Shown here: positions 36,654 through 49,912 of the stretch, one piece after another | Position numbering within the stretch: position 1 is the stretch's first letter | How the letters are laid out: every line of letters starts with the position of its first letter | Assembly: GCF_006345805.1 (NCBI RefSeq) | Contig: NC_042997.1 | Span: forward strand, 136,400,001-136,464,000 | Origin: Octopus sinensis | Lineage: Eukaryota | DNA length: 64,000 bases | Direction of reading: 5' to 3' | The notes under the pieces: generated by a model | Database searches by the model: none | What the model saw: only the letters and a program-made list of their open reading frames with translations | What the model was told of the DNA's origin: nothing | Translations under genes and position numbers: made by a program

Positions 36654-39239
36654 CATATATATATATATATATATATATATATCATATTGCGGGTGCGTGT
36701 ACTACATAAATACGGAATTAAAATAAGAAAACGAATATACACACTACATATGCGTATTGCTTAAAATGCATATAAGTATATTATTTGTACGTTTGAACAG
36801 TTGCTCGTACATTTAATTATTTCATATGCAATTAACTTTGCTCAGTTATGTTCCACATCTTACGCACTCTCAGGAATTTAATAATTGCTCTTGCCCATTT
36901 AGTACTAATTTTTGCAGTTTGTTCCACCATTAATTTCGGAACTTAAAAGCGCTATCTCGCTTTGTCTTCAACTAATTTCTTGTAATTCTTTTCTTTCATT
37001 TCTAATATGCCCTAGTTTAATGGATACCGATGTTCTAATTTGTGTTTGTTTTTCTACAAAAACATGAAGACCAATATATTATGAGTATTCTTCTGAGAAC
37101 AAAAGTGTTTATCTACTACGTATGATTAACAACTTCACAGTACATTGATCAAATTTTATAAACACTTTTAAGTTTGTTGCTGTAACGCACTTTTAAACTT
37201 ATTCTTTACTTTAATTTAATCACAAGTTTTCAAAATTTATTCACATATTCACAGCTTTAGAAGTATTAAACTCTAAATCTTCATTAATCAATCAAACCAA
37301 AAAGATCTGTTCATTCTTAAATATAAATACATAGTACACTGTTTTTGACATTTATCCCAATATAAAATTCAACGCTTCTAATTTCAGGTCCTCCTTCACA
37401 GCTTTTCAAACCCCTTCCTTTTGTCTTCATGTTATCTTATTTTCACTCTTCTTCTCTATTGCCGACCATTTTATACATATATAAATGTCATTATAATACG
37501 TTATTTATAAGTTGTCTTTTTTTTTAACTCCATGAAGAGTACACATTATGAATGAAACAAAATTGTAGCACCTTAATGAATAAATATAAATACTCTGATT
37601 TCAACGCATAGAATTCTTTGTGTTGTTTGTGATCCCCATTCTTATTCTGTCAGAGTACATCATTTTTATTAAATCATTTACTAATTGCATTCTTTAAAAT
37701 GTTGAAGCAGTAAATATTGTTATTTCTCAAGAAATTCTTTTAAAATTTATCTTGGGTGCCTAATGCAGAGAAATGGCCATTTTATCCAGAGTGTTAGGTT
37801 ACGTTATTTTTCTTCAATAAACAAGAAAAGAATCAGAGAAACGACTTAAGATATAGATCTAAATCTAACAAATGCCTACCTAAAAATAAGCAATTAATAC
37901 CATTTGAAGAAATTGTATTTTCTTTAATCAAAACACCAAAGTTCAGAAAAGGGTTAAAAAGGAAGTTAAAAACCAAAATACAAGAAATTAAGTATGTAGA
38001 TCAAATATATTTACAATTAGATTAAACCAAAGACTTAAATCAAGTTTACCATTAATCACAAATTCCTATCAATTTTCATTACAAAAATTTACAAGAAAAT
38101 TAATCGAAATACTCTGATATAAATACCCAAAGCCAAAATATTACTTCTGATCTCGTCATTGAAAATAGAACTTAGCCACAACTATACCTCAACAACTTTT
38201 TTTATTTTATTTCCAAGGACCATAAGTATATTTTTTTATGATAAACCTTCCATTTAATTAAACTTTCAAAGTAATTAATCTCAAAAAAGTTAAAGAAAGA
38301 AATGAAGAAGCTGCGAGGAGTGCATCATTTAAATGTATCGTATTGTATTGCGAAGGATATAACAAAAGGGAATCAGATTAAACAGGGTACAGGAAGTGAA
38401 AGACAGTGGTACTATAAAATTAATATAAAACAGAAAGTGGAATGCGAAATAAATAAGAAGAATTGCAAACAGAACGAAAGAATGTTTGTGAGAGAAGGAG
38501 TATGAGATATCAGAGAGACATTGTATGAGTAAGAAATAAATGCATGAAAGTAGAACATTAGAAAAATAAATGAAGAATTTTGCAGAAAATAAAATAAAAT
38601 CCAGTAAATTAAACTAGAAATGTTCGTAATATTCAGAAGACAAAAACAAGTTATTTCGCTGATATTGAGACAAAACTCACAAGGACAAATGAGATGGTTT
38701 TCTAAACTACGTAATAGACCTTAGAACATTTATTAACCAGAAAACCTTTCTGACCAAATTTGAGTTGCGTTAAATATAACTGTATGAGGTTGCCTAAAGG
38801 ATGAAAAGATTCCAAAGAATTCCAAAAAGACTGAAACTTTGCAAATACATATCACCTATAAATTTTCGTCCTATTTAGATTTATGTAGGATAGTATTTCT
38901 TAAAATAAACCTATTTCAGATACATTTCCAGATTAACTCATTTCTTCAATTCAACAAATAAACAGATATCAAGATGAAGAATTTCTCGCCGGTAATTAGA
39001 CAGCAAGATCTAGACCTTACAGAGTATAGTTTGGAAAATTCTACAACGTGTAATGTTATCATTTTTTCCGACAGACATATTTCAAGAGGAAGATAGTGTT
39101 TCTTTTTCCTGTTACAAAACAAATTTACGTGCTGTATTTAATTCTGATCTTAAAGGTACGTTACTTGAAGGTATGCTTTGGTAGGCTTCTTAGTTGTGAT
39201 CTTCCAACTTCACATTGACACAATATATCAACTACATAC

Positions 39240-39625
39240 TGTAGTATTTGTGTCTAAGCGATATGAAATAATATTGGCAGAAGATACATCTGTGTTGGTT
39301 AACAGACAGAATACTGTTTTGGTAATCTTTGCAGTTTCTATTATTGATGACAAGAAATAAATTCCTGAGATGCAACTTTCAAAGCCCTCTTGATAAACTT
39401 TTACGGTATCTATAAACAAGAAGTGCCTTTGAATCAGATTTAAAACGTTTGGGTGATATTGTAAACTACTCTTAAGCGGAGGGAGATTGCCACACGGTAT
39501 TGCCCTTGCGTCGGTATTTTTTGCGGATCTTTGCGTTCTGAGCCTTTGGGTGTGGACCAAATTTGGGAGCTTTTGTCGGATTTCAGTTTGTTGCAAGTAT
39601 TCAGGCGAGTTCTCCTCATCTGAAG
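39240..39625 (-). CDS. Candidate 386-nt coding exon of an unidentified gene
   Basis: Acceptor ccacatttctctttttcag| and donor |gtatgt; 128 open codons (SDEENSPEYLQQTEIRQKLP...YRLDTNTT); plus-strand frames are interrupted. It could instead be a terminal exon with its stop at 39228. Confidence 0.45.
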
Positions 39626-39699
39626 CTGAAAAAGAGAAATGTGGATTCGTGGTTGCTAGCGATAAAAGGAAGATGAGTTTTGCATATAACTGAATTACC

Positions 39700-40563
39700 T
39701 CAAGTTTGCGCTTGTTAATTTTGGCAGTGTGTGCTCGGACATTGTCATACTGTATTAGTGTGCGCCTTCGATTGACCAGTACCGAGTAACGGGTTTTCAA
39801 AGCATCGTATGCTCGCTGTAGTTTTTGAGTACAAAGATTAGCATTCACAGCTTGACTCTCTGGAACAAGCTCAAAGTGCAACACCCCTTCAAAATGACCT
39901 TCTGTTCAAACTGCCCTTGTTTGACAATAGGTTCTAAAGCCTGGCCGGAACGAAACCACTGATTTCTCGTAATATTATGAAAACAGATCCATTTTGCGTC
40001 CCAGTTACTATTCGATGTCAAAACGTACGTCTTGAGGAGTCACCAGCATTTACTTGCAAATTTTCACACGTTGTTGAGCTTGGCCACTGGTCAGTTCATG
40101 AAGAACTTCTCGACAGCATCTGATCACAAAGCCGAGCTTATGAAGGCAGCGATTGATGGTGCTTAATGAAGTATCAAAATCTGCCGTAAATGTACAAGTG
40201 ATTGTGATTGGCTGTTGTTCAATCATTTCAAGCAAGGCCTCAGCTTCCGCAACAGAAGGTCTCCCTAGCCTTGGTTTGTCTCTGAAGCTAGTGTCGCCTT
40301 CTTTGAAACGTTTGAACCAGTTTTGTGCCACACATTCATTGATAGTCCTTCGCCTTCTGCATCATTAATTTCTTTTGCCACTGCCTTTGCCCGCGGTTCC
40401 ATTTTTCCACTGGTAGTGTAAAATGGCTCTAATTGCAATTCTTTCACCGCTCGTTATCAAAGCTGTAAAATAAAGAATTAACAATTAATGCTTATATATT
40501 ATATATGAAAATAATGAATAAACAATTCATCAATGATTGGGCAACAAGTTGTATCAGACTAAT
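39700..40563 (-). mobile_element. Mariner transposase pseudogene, 3'-truncated
   Basis: AQNWFKRFKEGDTSFRDKPRLGRP, VLHELT, HFELVP, YDNVRAHTA; TIR-like attagtctgatacaacttgttgccc at ~40538-40563. Confidence 0.85.
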
Positions 40564-42015
40564 GATATAACATGTAGATTCAAGTTGCCAAAAATCATCA
40601 GTGAAAATCCGAAAAACTCTTCACTTAACTTTGCTAAATTTGCTCGATTGTAGTTAAATAACAACAACAACAGTGCACATATAAACAGGTACAAAAAAGG
40701 AAATAAGTGATATTTAAATATTTATCCCCAGTTATTGGTCATGTCGTTCACTAATAAGCAACCTCATTAACCAACTTATTGATATATTCTTCCAACACAA
40801 TGATTCATTTGTGTTATCATGTGTTTGAGTGTGTGTTACTGTGCGTGTGCGCTCGTGTGTGGAAGTGTGTGTGATCTCTTGAATACTTTGTTAATGCAAG
40901 TAAGTATATGACTGACGATTACTTAAGATAACTGATACTTTTCATTTGCAATGTCTTCATACTCTAAGCAGAAAATAATGCAACGTTTTACCATTATGAT
41001 GCCTAGCTCTTGTTAGCATTACGATATTTCATTCACCAATGTACTGTGATATCATTTTTGTACTATTTTCTATCAAACAAATGTTTACATTTTTTCTTCA
41101 TCTATAATGATATAGTCTTCTTTTTATTCCAGATTACGCATCGAAGAAAAGAATATAAGACGTTCTTGTAGAAAACGTGCATTAATGACAACGACTTTTG
41201 AATTCAAAATCATACTATTCGACGAAAATGCCAATTCTTCGGAAACACCAAAATTTCATATCACCAGCACTATTTTATTGCCTGAGAAATTATGATAATT
41301 AGTAGAATGTAACACATTTACCTCGAGCTGATAGTATCTCTAATATTGCATTTTATATTTAATATTTCATCCAGCTGCACTTATGATTCCATTGAATCAT
41401 TTTTCATTGAAGACGATTATAATCAAGAAAGTAATGCAATATCAACTTGTCTACAATACTAAGAATATTTCGCGAGTTTATGTTTAAGCAAGCCTAACAT
41501 CTTATTGTGAACCACATTGACGACAATATATTTTAACTTTTATTACCTTTTTTTGACTCTTTTTCTTAAAACGGTTAGAGAAGGGAAGTTTATTTAATAC
41601 ACACGCAATAACTGATAGGTAGTACATCGCGAACGTTGAACAGCATAACTTTTTATCACTTCATACTTCCTTGCATCTTTGTAAGAGTTAAATATATTAA
41701 GTATGAGAAAGAATATCGCCATTGATTTGCTGGTTCCACGAACTTTTCTGTGATATCGTCTTCAACAGGATATTTTTATTATTATATCCTTTGTGTTATA
41801 TATTTACATTAGTAAGTGGCGTTTGTATTTCACGAATTAGACATGACCTATAAAATAGTAGATACTATACGAACTGAGTGATTAGCGAATACGGGGTTTA
41901 ATTCAAGCGTTAAAATTATGCGAAAAGAATATTTGATTACCAGCTGAATAATTGATTTTCAAATCCAAGTGAGGCTTAGAGAGTTATTATATAATTTATA
42001 AAAAGTAAAATGTTC

Positions 42016-42036
42016 GCTAATTTTTTTTCACGCCAG
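42016..42036 (+). promoter_or_regulatory. Splice acceptor opening the GPCR coding exon
   Basis: Branch-like ctaat, T-run and cacgccag| located 96 nt upstream of the ATG. Confidence 0.6.
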
Positions 42037-42132
42037 AACTATTAACTATATGATCTTGATACTAAGTTAGTCTCTGTCAATAGTATATATGAGCAGTGTA
42101 CATTTTGAATTGTGAAACGCAACGTGTTAATC

Positions 42133-43239
42133 ATGGCAGAAGCCAATTTGAGTGGTATTCCCAACACTACTGACGGTGGATCTTCCCTAAATGAGGAAAA
42201 CAAAATGGAAGCCTATTCCGTACATTTCTTCTTTTGGGGAATCATTGTTCCTGTTATAGTTCTCTTTGGTCTAATTGGCAACATTCTAACAATAATTGTT
42301 CTTTGGCGAAAAGAAATGCACTCCACTACAATATACTATCTAAGAGCTCTTGTAATCACGGACACGGCAATATTAGTTTTTGCATTCCTTTTGCTTACAC
42401 CTATCAGTATCTCTAACTATACGAAGAGTTTAAAATATTTCAGAGAAATTATTTATCCTATGATATTTGTACCGTGTAATTATGTGGTAATGACTGTTCA
42501 AACTATAAATGTATGGATTACTGTCAGTGTTACTATTGAGCGGTATATTGCAATTTGTCATCCGTTTATTTCTATCCGACTACTAACTCGTTGCAAAGCT
42601 CTTACTGTGATTGGATTAACAACCGCTTTCTCGGTGTTGTATAATATCCCACGTCTGTTTGGCACTAAAGCTAGCCCTTTGAAATCGGGAGACGGTTACA
42701 TGATTATACCGACTGCATATGGCGAATCAGATATATACAAGGAAATTTACAGTGGTTTAATGTACTCCATTCTGATTTTCATCATTCCTTTACTTGTACT
42801 TTTCGTCCTCAACTTTCTACTCATCATTGAACTCATGAAAATGCGACAACGTCGAGTTGGAATGAATGTGGAAGAAGACAACGAAGCAAACATGAGTCTT
42901 GTTCTGGTTCTAATTGTTCTTATCTTTATTGTTTGTCAAACGCCAGGTTTAATCGCCCAGTACGAGTTCCTCTCGCACCTTGTTTTGCTTAAATGGCTAG
43001 CAGTTAGTAATACTTTATTTATATTTAATTCTTCAGTAAATTTCTTGGTTTATACAGCAGTTGGTCGCAAGTTTAGAAAAGTCCTTTTTCGCACGTTCCG
43101 TCCAGTTCTCTTTAAAACTCTCGGTGCATGCCGTGTAGAATTGTCAAATGAGGCGGATACACGAACCACCATGTATGAATTGACAGTACTGAATGATCAA
43201 CAGCCAGAAACAGATCAAACAGAGAGTGCCTGTCCATGA
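42133..43239 (+). CDS. Class A (rhodopsin-like) peptide GPCR, FMRFamide/RFamide-receptor-like, 368 aa, uninterrupted CDS
   Basis: ATG in atcATGG context; seven hydrophobic segments; GLIGN (TM1), LVITD (TM2), ERYIAICHP, YNIPR (TM4), CQTP (TM6), NSSVNFLVY plus FRK (TM7/H8); N-terminal NLS and NTT sequons. Confidence 0.95.
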   Translation: MAEANLSGIPNTTDGGSSLNEENKMEAYSVHFFFWGIIVPVIVLFGLIGNILTIIVLWRKEMHSTTIYYLRALVITDTAILVFAFLLLTPISISNYTKSLKYFREIIYPMIFVPCNYVVMTVQTINVWITVSVTIERYIAICHPFISIRLLTRCKALTVIGLTTAFSVLYNIPRLFGTKASPLKSGDGYMIIPTAYGESDIYKEIYSGLMYSILIFIIPLLVLFVLNFLLIIELMKMRQRRVGMNVEEDNEANMSLVLVLIVLIFIVCQTPGLIAQYEFLSHLVLLKWLAVSNTLFIFNSSVNFLVYTAVGRKFRKVLFRTFRPVLFKTLGACRVELSNEADTRTTMYELTVLNDQQPETDQTESACP

Positions 43240-44480
43240 CATTTCTCTAAATACAATTCAAAACTATCTAAATCTATTGGCTATTCCATTCGTTGCTTCC
43301 CTTGTTGACTCCTGTTAATCTATATATGAAATATAAATTAACAGGAGTTAATGGAATGCTTTATAATTGACATTTCAAAAAGAAAATTGCACTTTTCAAT
43401 GAAAGGAATAAAAGACTGAAGCCACAACCGTTTGTCTAACACAGAATGAAAATAAACTGCTATGGTAACAACAAAATGGGAAGATAAACGACAACGTTAT
43501 TTCGCAAATTTATATTTTAAAAGCTTTGGAACTATGAAAATGTTTTGATTTTGTTTTTTTATGATTTTTTTAATTAAAGTTTTTGTCCTTTTCTTCATAT
43601 TTTTCCTCCAACTTTTGAAATGTGTTAATTCGAAATATTACAAAAATTTATCAAGTTTATTTATTCGTGGTTTCATCGGAAAAAGAGTAAAGTTTCGAAA
43701 CCATTAAGTAATAAGAAGAAAAATTGAAAATGAAATTTTAAACAAATTGTTTTATTTAAAGTCGATGAGAAAAAAAAAACTATGGATTTCATGTGAAAGT
43801 GATTAGAATATGTTTAAACATGTAAACGTTTGTTAAATAACGAAATGCGCAATCAGATGTTTGTGTATGGGACCAGTATTCTGTAAAATTTCAATGACAG
43901 TGCTTTTCTGATAATTATTTAACTCGTGATGAAGTGAAATATGATCGTCAGTTCATTGTCCTTACATGATTTTCTTGAACATGATTTCCTTGAACATCAA
44001 GAGATTAAAGCAGAAAATATAGTTGTCTGTAACTTGACAAAGGTAGCAGCTTTTACTATTCTTATGTGATAGAGCGCTTCTCCGTAAACAGAAAAAAAAA
44101 ACAATTGTATCCAAGCACTGAAGTTGCAATTGACAATCGATAATCACAGCTCGAAATTTTCTTTTTTTACTGTAGGAAAAACAGTAATAAATTTCATAAG
44201 TAAAGTATGTGTGAGTGTAAATGCAAGGAAATATATACACATGCAAGCACACACACACGCATACACAGACACACACACACACACACGTGTGTGTGTATGT
44301 GTGTGTGAGTATGATAACAGGTCGATTTCAAGCCCCTTGGGTGTAGAACATTTCCACATCATCAGATATCCGGACTTCGATAATCTCATGGTATGGGTAT
44401 ATTCAACGTCAACGATATTTTCAGAAAAATAGAGCTCGTCAACCTGTTATAAAGTACCATTCAAATTCAACGTATATGTG

Positions 44481-44582
<102 letters not shown>

Positions 44583-44590
44583 ATATATAG

Positions 44591-44627
<37 letters not shown>

Positions 44628-44639
44628 AATATATATATA

Positions 44640-44672
<33 letters not shown>

Positions 44673-44688
44673 GCGTTTTCAAATAGCC

Positions 44689-44751
44689 AGATAACTGAAG
44701 AGATGGCGTTGTAGATTCCAACTTCGGCATCTGAAACTCAGAGTTTTATCT
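44689..44751 (+). ncRNA. Type-I hammerhead-ribozyme-like motif
   Basis: Perfect 6-bp stem I AGATAA/TTATCT; CTGAAGA; stem II GATGGCG/CGGCATC (6/7); extra T; GAAA; ACTC-a-GAGT stem III; GUU triplet at 44745. Confidence 0.7.
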
Positions 44752-44775
44752 TGACTATCGAGTAATGTAACATAT

Positions 44776-44878
<103 letters not shown>

Positions 44879-45603
44879 CAATTATGCATATATTGCTCTT
44901 TAGGTTTCAAATATAAATATATATGCTTATATAATATATATATATGTATATATATATAATATATATATATATATGTGCGTGTGTGTGTGTATATATATGT
45001 GTGTGTGTGTGTATACACCCACACATACACACATACTTACATATATATGTGTCCGTGTGTGTATGTATGTTTGTGTGCAATGTATGTATGCATGTATGTA
45101 TGTTTGTGTATATATGTGTGTGTGTATTAACTCGATAAGAAAAAGTACAGTGAACTTGCAGAGGGGAATAGAAAATGTACTGTTTCGGAGAGAGTACTTC
45201 TTCGGGAAAATTTAAAAGAGAAAAATTGAGGAGTTTCTCTCCTTTCAACATTTCTTTAGAGAAGAACGTATTTAAAATGTCGAATTTTCTACCCCCCTCT
45301 GCAAGTTTAATGTTCTCCATTTGTCCATTTTACTATATAAGTTATGCCGTCCCAGACTAACATCTGCCTCATTAAAGTCTGTTTGATCGCATATTTGGCA
45401 GAAACTTATCTAAGTCTCTTAGTATACATATAAATATTTATGTATAAGCATAAATACGTAGTTAGACGGATAGATATATATATGTATATGCATATGTAGA
45501 CAAATGTTTATATGCATATACGTATACGTGTATATGTGTGTGTGCGCGCGCGTGTGTGTGTATTTATGTATGTTCATATAGACACGTGTATATATATGCG
45601 TAT

Positions 45604-45684
<81 letters not shown>

Positions 45685-45725
45685 ATATATATATATATAC
45701 ATATTTATATACATATGTATATACG

Positions 45726-45765
<40 letters not shown>

Positions 45766-46270
45766 CATATTAATATACATATGTATATGCGTATGTATAC
45801 ACACATGTTTATAAGTGTGTATGTGTGTGTTGTATTTCTTTTACTCGTTTTATTTTTCTATGAGCTTTAGCTCCTAGCTGCGGTCATTCTGAGTGATACT
45901 CCTAGCCACTTGTGAGAACTAAATACATATACGCTTTAGCGTAAAGCTTTCGCCTAGGCCACTACACATCGTAATCTAGGATAATGAAAACGAATCACGT
46001 AACCAAGTTAATTAGATTAGCTGTCTGCTATACGAAGAAGTACATTCAGAACTGAGTTTAGTATCCTAGAGTTTCTCAGAACCATTTAAATGAAGTTTAA
46101 TAATTTCGAGGAAACTCTAGAATGTTGCGCATTCACTGCTTCTTGTAGCAGACATAGCTAACTTAGTGAACTCCATTACAGGATATCTGTTGCATTGTCA
46201 TTTATTAATATATCTAGGTATGTATATGCATATGCATACATAAGTATGTACGTATGTATCTGCAGATTCG

Positions 46271-46349
<79 letters not shown>

Positions 46350-46354
<5 letters not shown>

Positions 46355-46545
46355 CAAATTTACAGAAACCAAAAGGCGAATATATGTGAGGGAACAAGAG
46401 GCAGGTGATTCAGTTTAATGCCTAGCAAGAATGGAAAAGTCTTTGACGTTTCGAGCCTAAGCTCTTCAACAGAAAAGGATGAGTGGGAGAAAATGGTGAG
46501 TGAACGAAAAAAAACAGAGAGAAAAAATGTGTAGACGTAAAGGTT
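46350..46545 (-). mobile_element. Penelope-type terminal repeat with hammerhead-like motif at 46441-46476
   Basis: tttt-CTGTTGA-a-GAGC-ttag-GCTC-GAAA-cgt-c-aaag; third copy of this repeat in the window. Confidence 0.65.
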
Positions 46546-46631
46546 CAATATGTATTTATGTATGTTATGTAGTATGTATGTATGTATGAATTTATGTATG
46601 ATTGTCTATACATATTATATATATATGTATG

Positions 46632-46672
<41 letters not shown>

Positions 46673-46717
46673 CATATATATATATACATATATATACAAC
46701 ATATATACATATATCAT

Positions 46718-46757
<40 letters not shown>

Positions 46758-46760
46758 TAT

Positions 46761-46799
<39 letters not shown>

Positions 46800-46804
<5 letters not shown>

Positions 46805-47280
46805 AGTGCTGAAGTATTTTGTAATAAGTCAGTAGGAGAAGTTCGGTGAGTGCCTTTGTAATGAGGAGTGTGACACCTAATATTTCGCGGCTTGCCTTTC
46901 GTTTGTGATTGAGGAAAGATGTCGAAAGAAAGTTTTGTCGCTTGGACTGGAGAACAGTATTTTCAGAAGGTATTAGATTTTAGGGAGTAACACATGTTGT
47001 GCTGATATATGAGATGGAAGGTAGATAAGCAAGAGCAAGGAGTTAAATGAGTAGGTTCGAAGTTTTCCTCTACATGTATTTTTCATTCTCAATGTTTTGC
47101 CCATCATTGAACTCATGAAAATGTGGCAATGTATTATACGATCTGAAAGTGACAAGCAAGAGAGATAACTTCAATAAGATCCGTGATCGAATTATAGAAA
47201 GTGTATACAGGAGTGAATCAAAGTTATTTCGATCCTTATTGCAGAGTCTGTATTGAGTGTGCAGAACACTTCCCTGGCGT
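46800..47280 (-). mobile_element. Possible old LINE (CR1/L2-like) 3' remnant
   Basis: Broken coding-like minus frames; weak resemblance only. Confidence 0.25.
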
Positions 47281-47545
47281 ATTTTCCTTGAAACATATTA
47301 TGAGATATTGAGAGAGAAGGTGTTAAACTTGTTAAACAGAAAAAAGTTCTGTAAAGAGAATTTTGAGCCACTCTTCAAGTAAAGCTTGCTTTAGCTCTTC
47401 GTGAAACATATTGAGATATGGAGAGAGAAGGTAGAAAGAGCCAGTGCCTCAAAGAAAAAAGGCAAAAGAGTTCAAGAGAGAGGAGTAAAATTAAACTGCA
47501 AAACCCATAGATAAAGATCAACCGCGCAAAAAATTATTCACCTGA

Positions 47546-48683
47546 AGAGGTTGGACAGAATGATGGACATATCTTGTTAAACAGAAGTTTTTATTTAGTA
47601 CGATGTTGGTTCACCTTCAGCATCAATACGTCAATCAATCTTAATACGTCGAGGAATTGGTTCGTACAGGTTCTGTAAAGAGAATTTTGAGCCACTCTTC
47701 AAGTAAATCTTGCTTTAGCTCTTTCAACTATGAAGGCAGAAAAAAGTGGCTCCTCACTTGCTATTCCAAAATGCACCATAAATGTTCAATTATACATTTA
47801 TACTTTCGGTGAGAGAGATGGGGTGGCAGTCCCATTGGTCTACTTTACTTTTGTGCTCTTTTTATTACTTTTGATTAACATTAGCTGTGTGAATCATTGA
47901 GTTATCATCCTGGAAAATTGCATTACCATGAAGGAGCAATTTTCGTACTATAGGATGGGTATCATTCGCAAAATTACTCAGATACTCCTTGGCAAGAGAA
48001 ACCTGTGATATGGTTGTCCAAACCATCACAGATCCACCTCCATGCTTCACGGTAGAGGCCAAACAGTTAGGGTTTGGTGACTTCTTGGGCTGTCTCCAGA
48101 AATAAACTGACCCAAGGTGAGAAAAAATGTGAATAGCGATTCACCAAAGAAGAGGACATTGTGCCATTGAGCCACAGATAACTTTTTGATAATCAGTACA
48201 ACTTTTTTTCCGCTTATCAATATTTATGGGAGACAGTAGAGAGTTAGCAGTTTCAACCCTCCCCATGGATAGCTTTATGGCACGCACGATGAATGGTTTT
48301 GGTTGGCACAAGTTTGGCAAAGTCATCATTTAGCTCTGCTGTCACTTTTGTTGCTGTAATTCCATGGTTATGGAATTACTGTAGCTGTAATTCCATGGTT
48401 TTACTATTCTGCGGCTCTTCTCTGTGAGCGTTGCCTTCTGTCGAGAATTATGCTCACCAGAGATGATTTTAACTTGGCTTTGGAATGTCAAGTGGATTTC
48501 TTGAAGCATTAAGCAATTTAGAAATATTGGAGAATAAAACTCCAGCCCTCTGCATTCCAACAATTAGTCCATTTTGAAAATCAGATAGGTCATGCATTTT
48601 ATCTTATTTCAATACAAATATTTGCAAAAAGGAACGTTATATCGTAAAGTACAGTGCATATATAATGCAAATGACATATATAT

Positions 48684-48751
<68 letters not shown>

Positions 48752-48834
48752 AGAATAGTTTTAAACTTTTCATATTGCCTATAAAAAAACATTTAAATAT
48801 AAAGTGATATTGCCATTATTTTGTCCGACCCCCG
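47546..48834 (-). mobile_element. Tc1-type transposon, degenerate, both TIRs present
   Basis: TIRs gaggttggacagaatgatgg / ggggtcggacaaaataatgg; TVKHGGGSVMVW, IFQDDNSMIHTA, ALLEEWLKI, YEPIPRRI; (TA)n inserted ~48676-48748; C-terminal piece duplicated at ~47345-47400. Confidence 0.85.
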
Positions 48835-49368
48835 TTGGTAGACACTCATAATCACACAATAACGGTAATACATACAACTCTTTCAGTTTAATTGTATAGA
48901 ATATCATTTTCAATGAATAAAACGAAAAGAAAAGTTTGCCTTCAACGGTAAATGTGTATATGCAAACATGCACATACCAACATGAAAATCAAGCGTACAT
49001 ACAAGCATATACAAACATACATACAAACATACTTACAAACATATGCAAACATACACATACAACCATACATACGTGTGCGTATACACGCATACACACACAC
49101 ATACGTATGAATACACACAATACTTTTAATTACAGCCACACAAAAACATTTATGGAGATATACATACGCAAATATTCGTATGTAAAAGTATTCGTAGTCA
49201 TACATACATGTCTGCACGCGCACACACGCACGCATGTATATACACACTCAAATGCAAACATATTCATAATATGTATACACGCATAAATATATAAATGTAT
49301 AGATAGATAGATAGACAGACAGACAAACAGACAGACAGACAAACAGGCAGACAGACAGACAGACAGAC

Positions 49369-49492
<124 letters not shown>

Positions 49493-49666
49493 TAGGGAGA
49501 GAGAGACATATAGATATACAAAACCGAGAAATACACACGTTTAAGTAAACGAATAACATGAGACAGGAGACTTGAACTAAGTACAGGAACGGAAGAATTC
49601 ATATATGCTCATCCTTGACCCTGCAGTAGTGGGATAAATTAGTGTGTAGTATAACACCGCTAACGT

Positions 49667-49912
49667 GGAGGCGCGTGGCTTAGTGGTTAGGGTGACAGCA
49701 TCATAATCGTAAGATTGTGGTTTCGATTCCTGGACCGGGCGACGCGTTGTGTTCTTGAGCAAAACACTTCATTTCACGTTGCTCCAGTCCACTCAGCTGG
49801 CAAAAATGAGTAACGCTGCGATGGACTGGCGTCCCGTCCAGCTGGGGAACACATACGCCATAGAAACCGGGAAACTGGGCCCATGAGCCTGGCTAGGCTT
49901 TAAAAAGGGCAC
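49667..49912 (+). mobile_element. tRNA-derived SINE family B, tail type 2 (MetaSINE-like 3' part, inferred)
   Basis: Head ggcgcgtggcttagtggttagg; ttgtgttcttgagcaaaacact block; ctgcgatggactggcgtcccgtccag; agaaaccgggaaac tail. Confidence 0.8.

Noticed and set aside
39228-39884. 218-aa ORF as a single protein
   Set aside because: It is chimeric: the first ~60 codons are mariner transposase and the remainder is unrelated sequence behind a splice acceptor.
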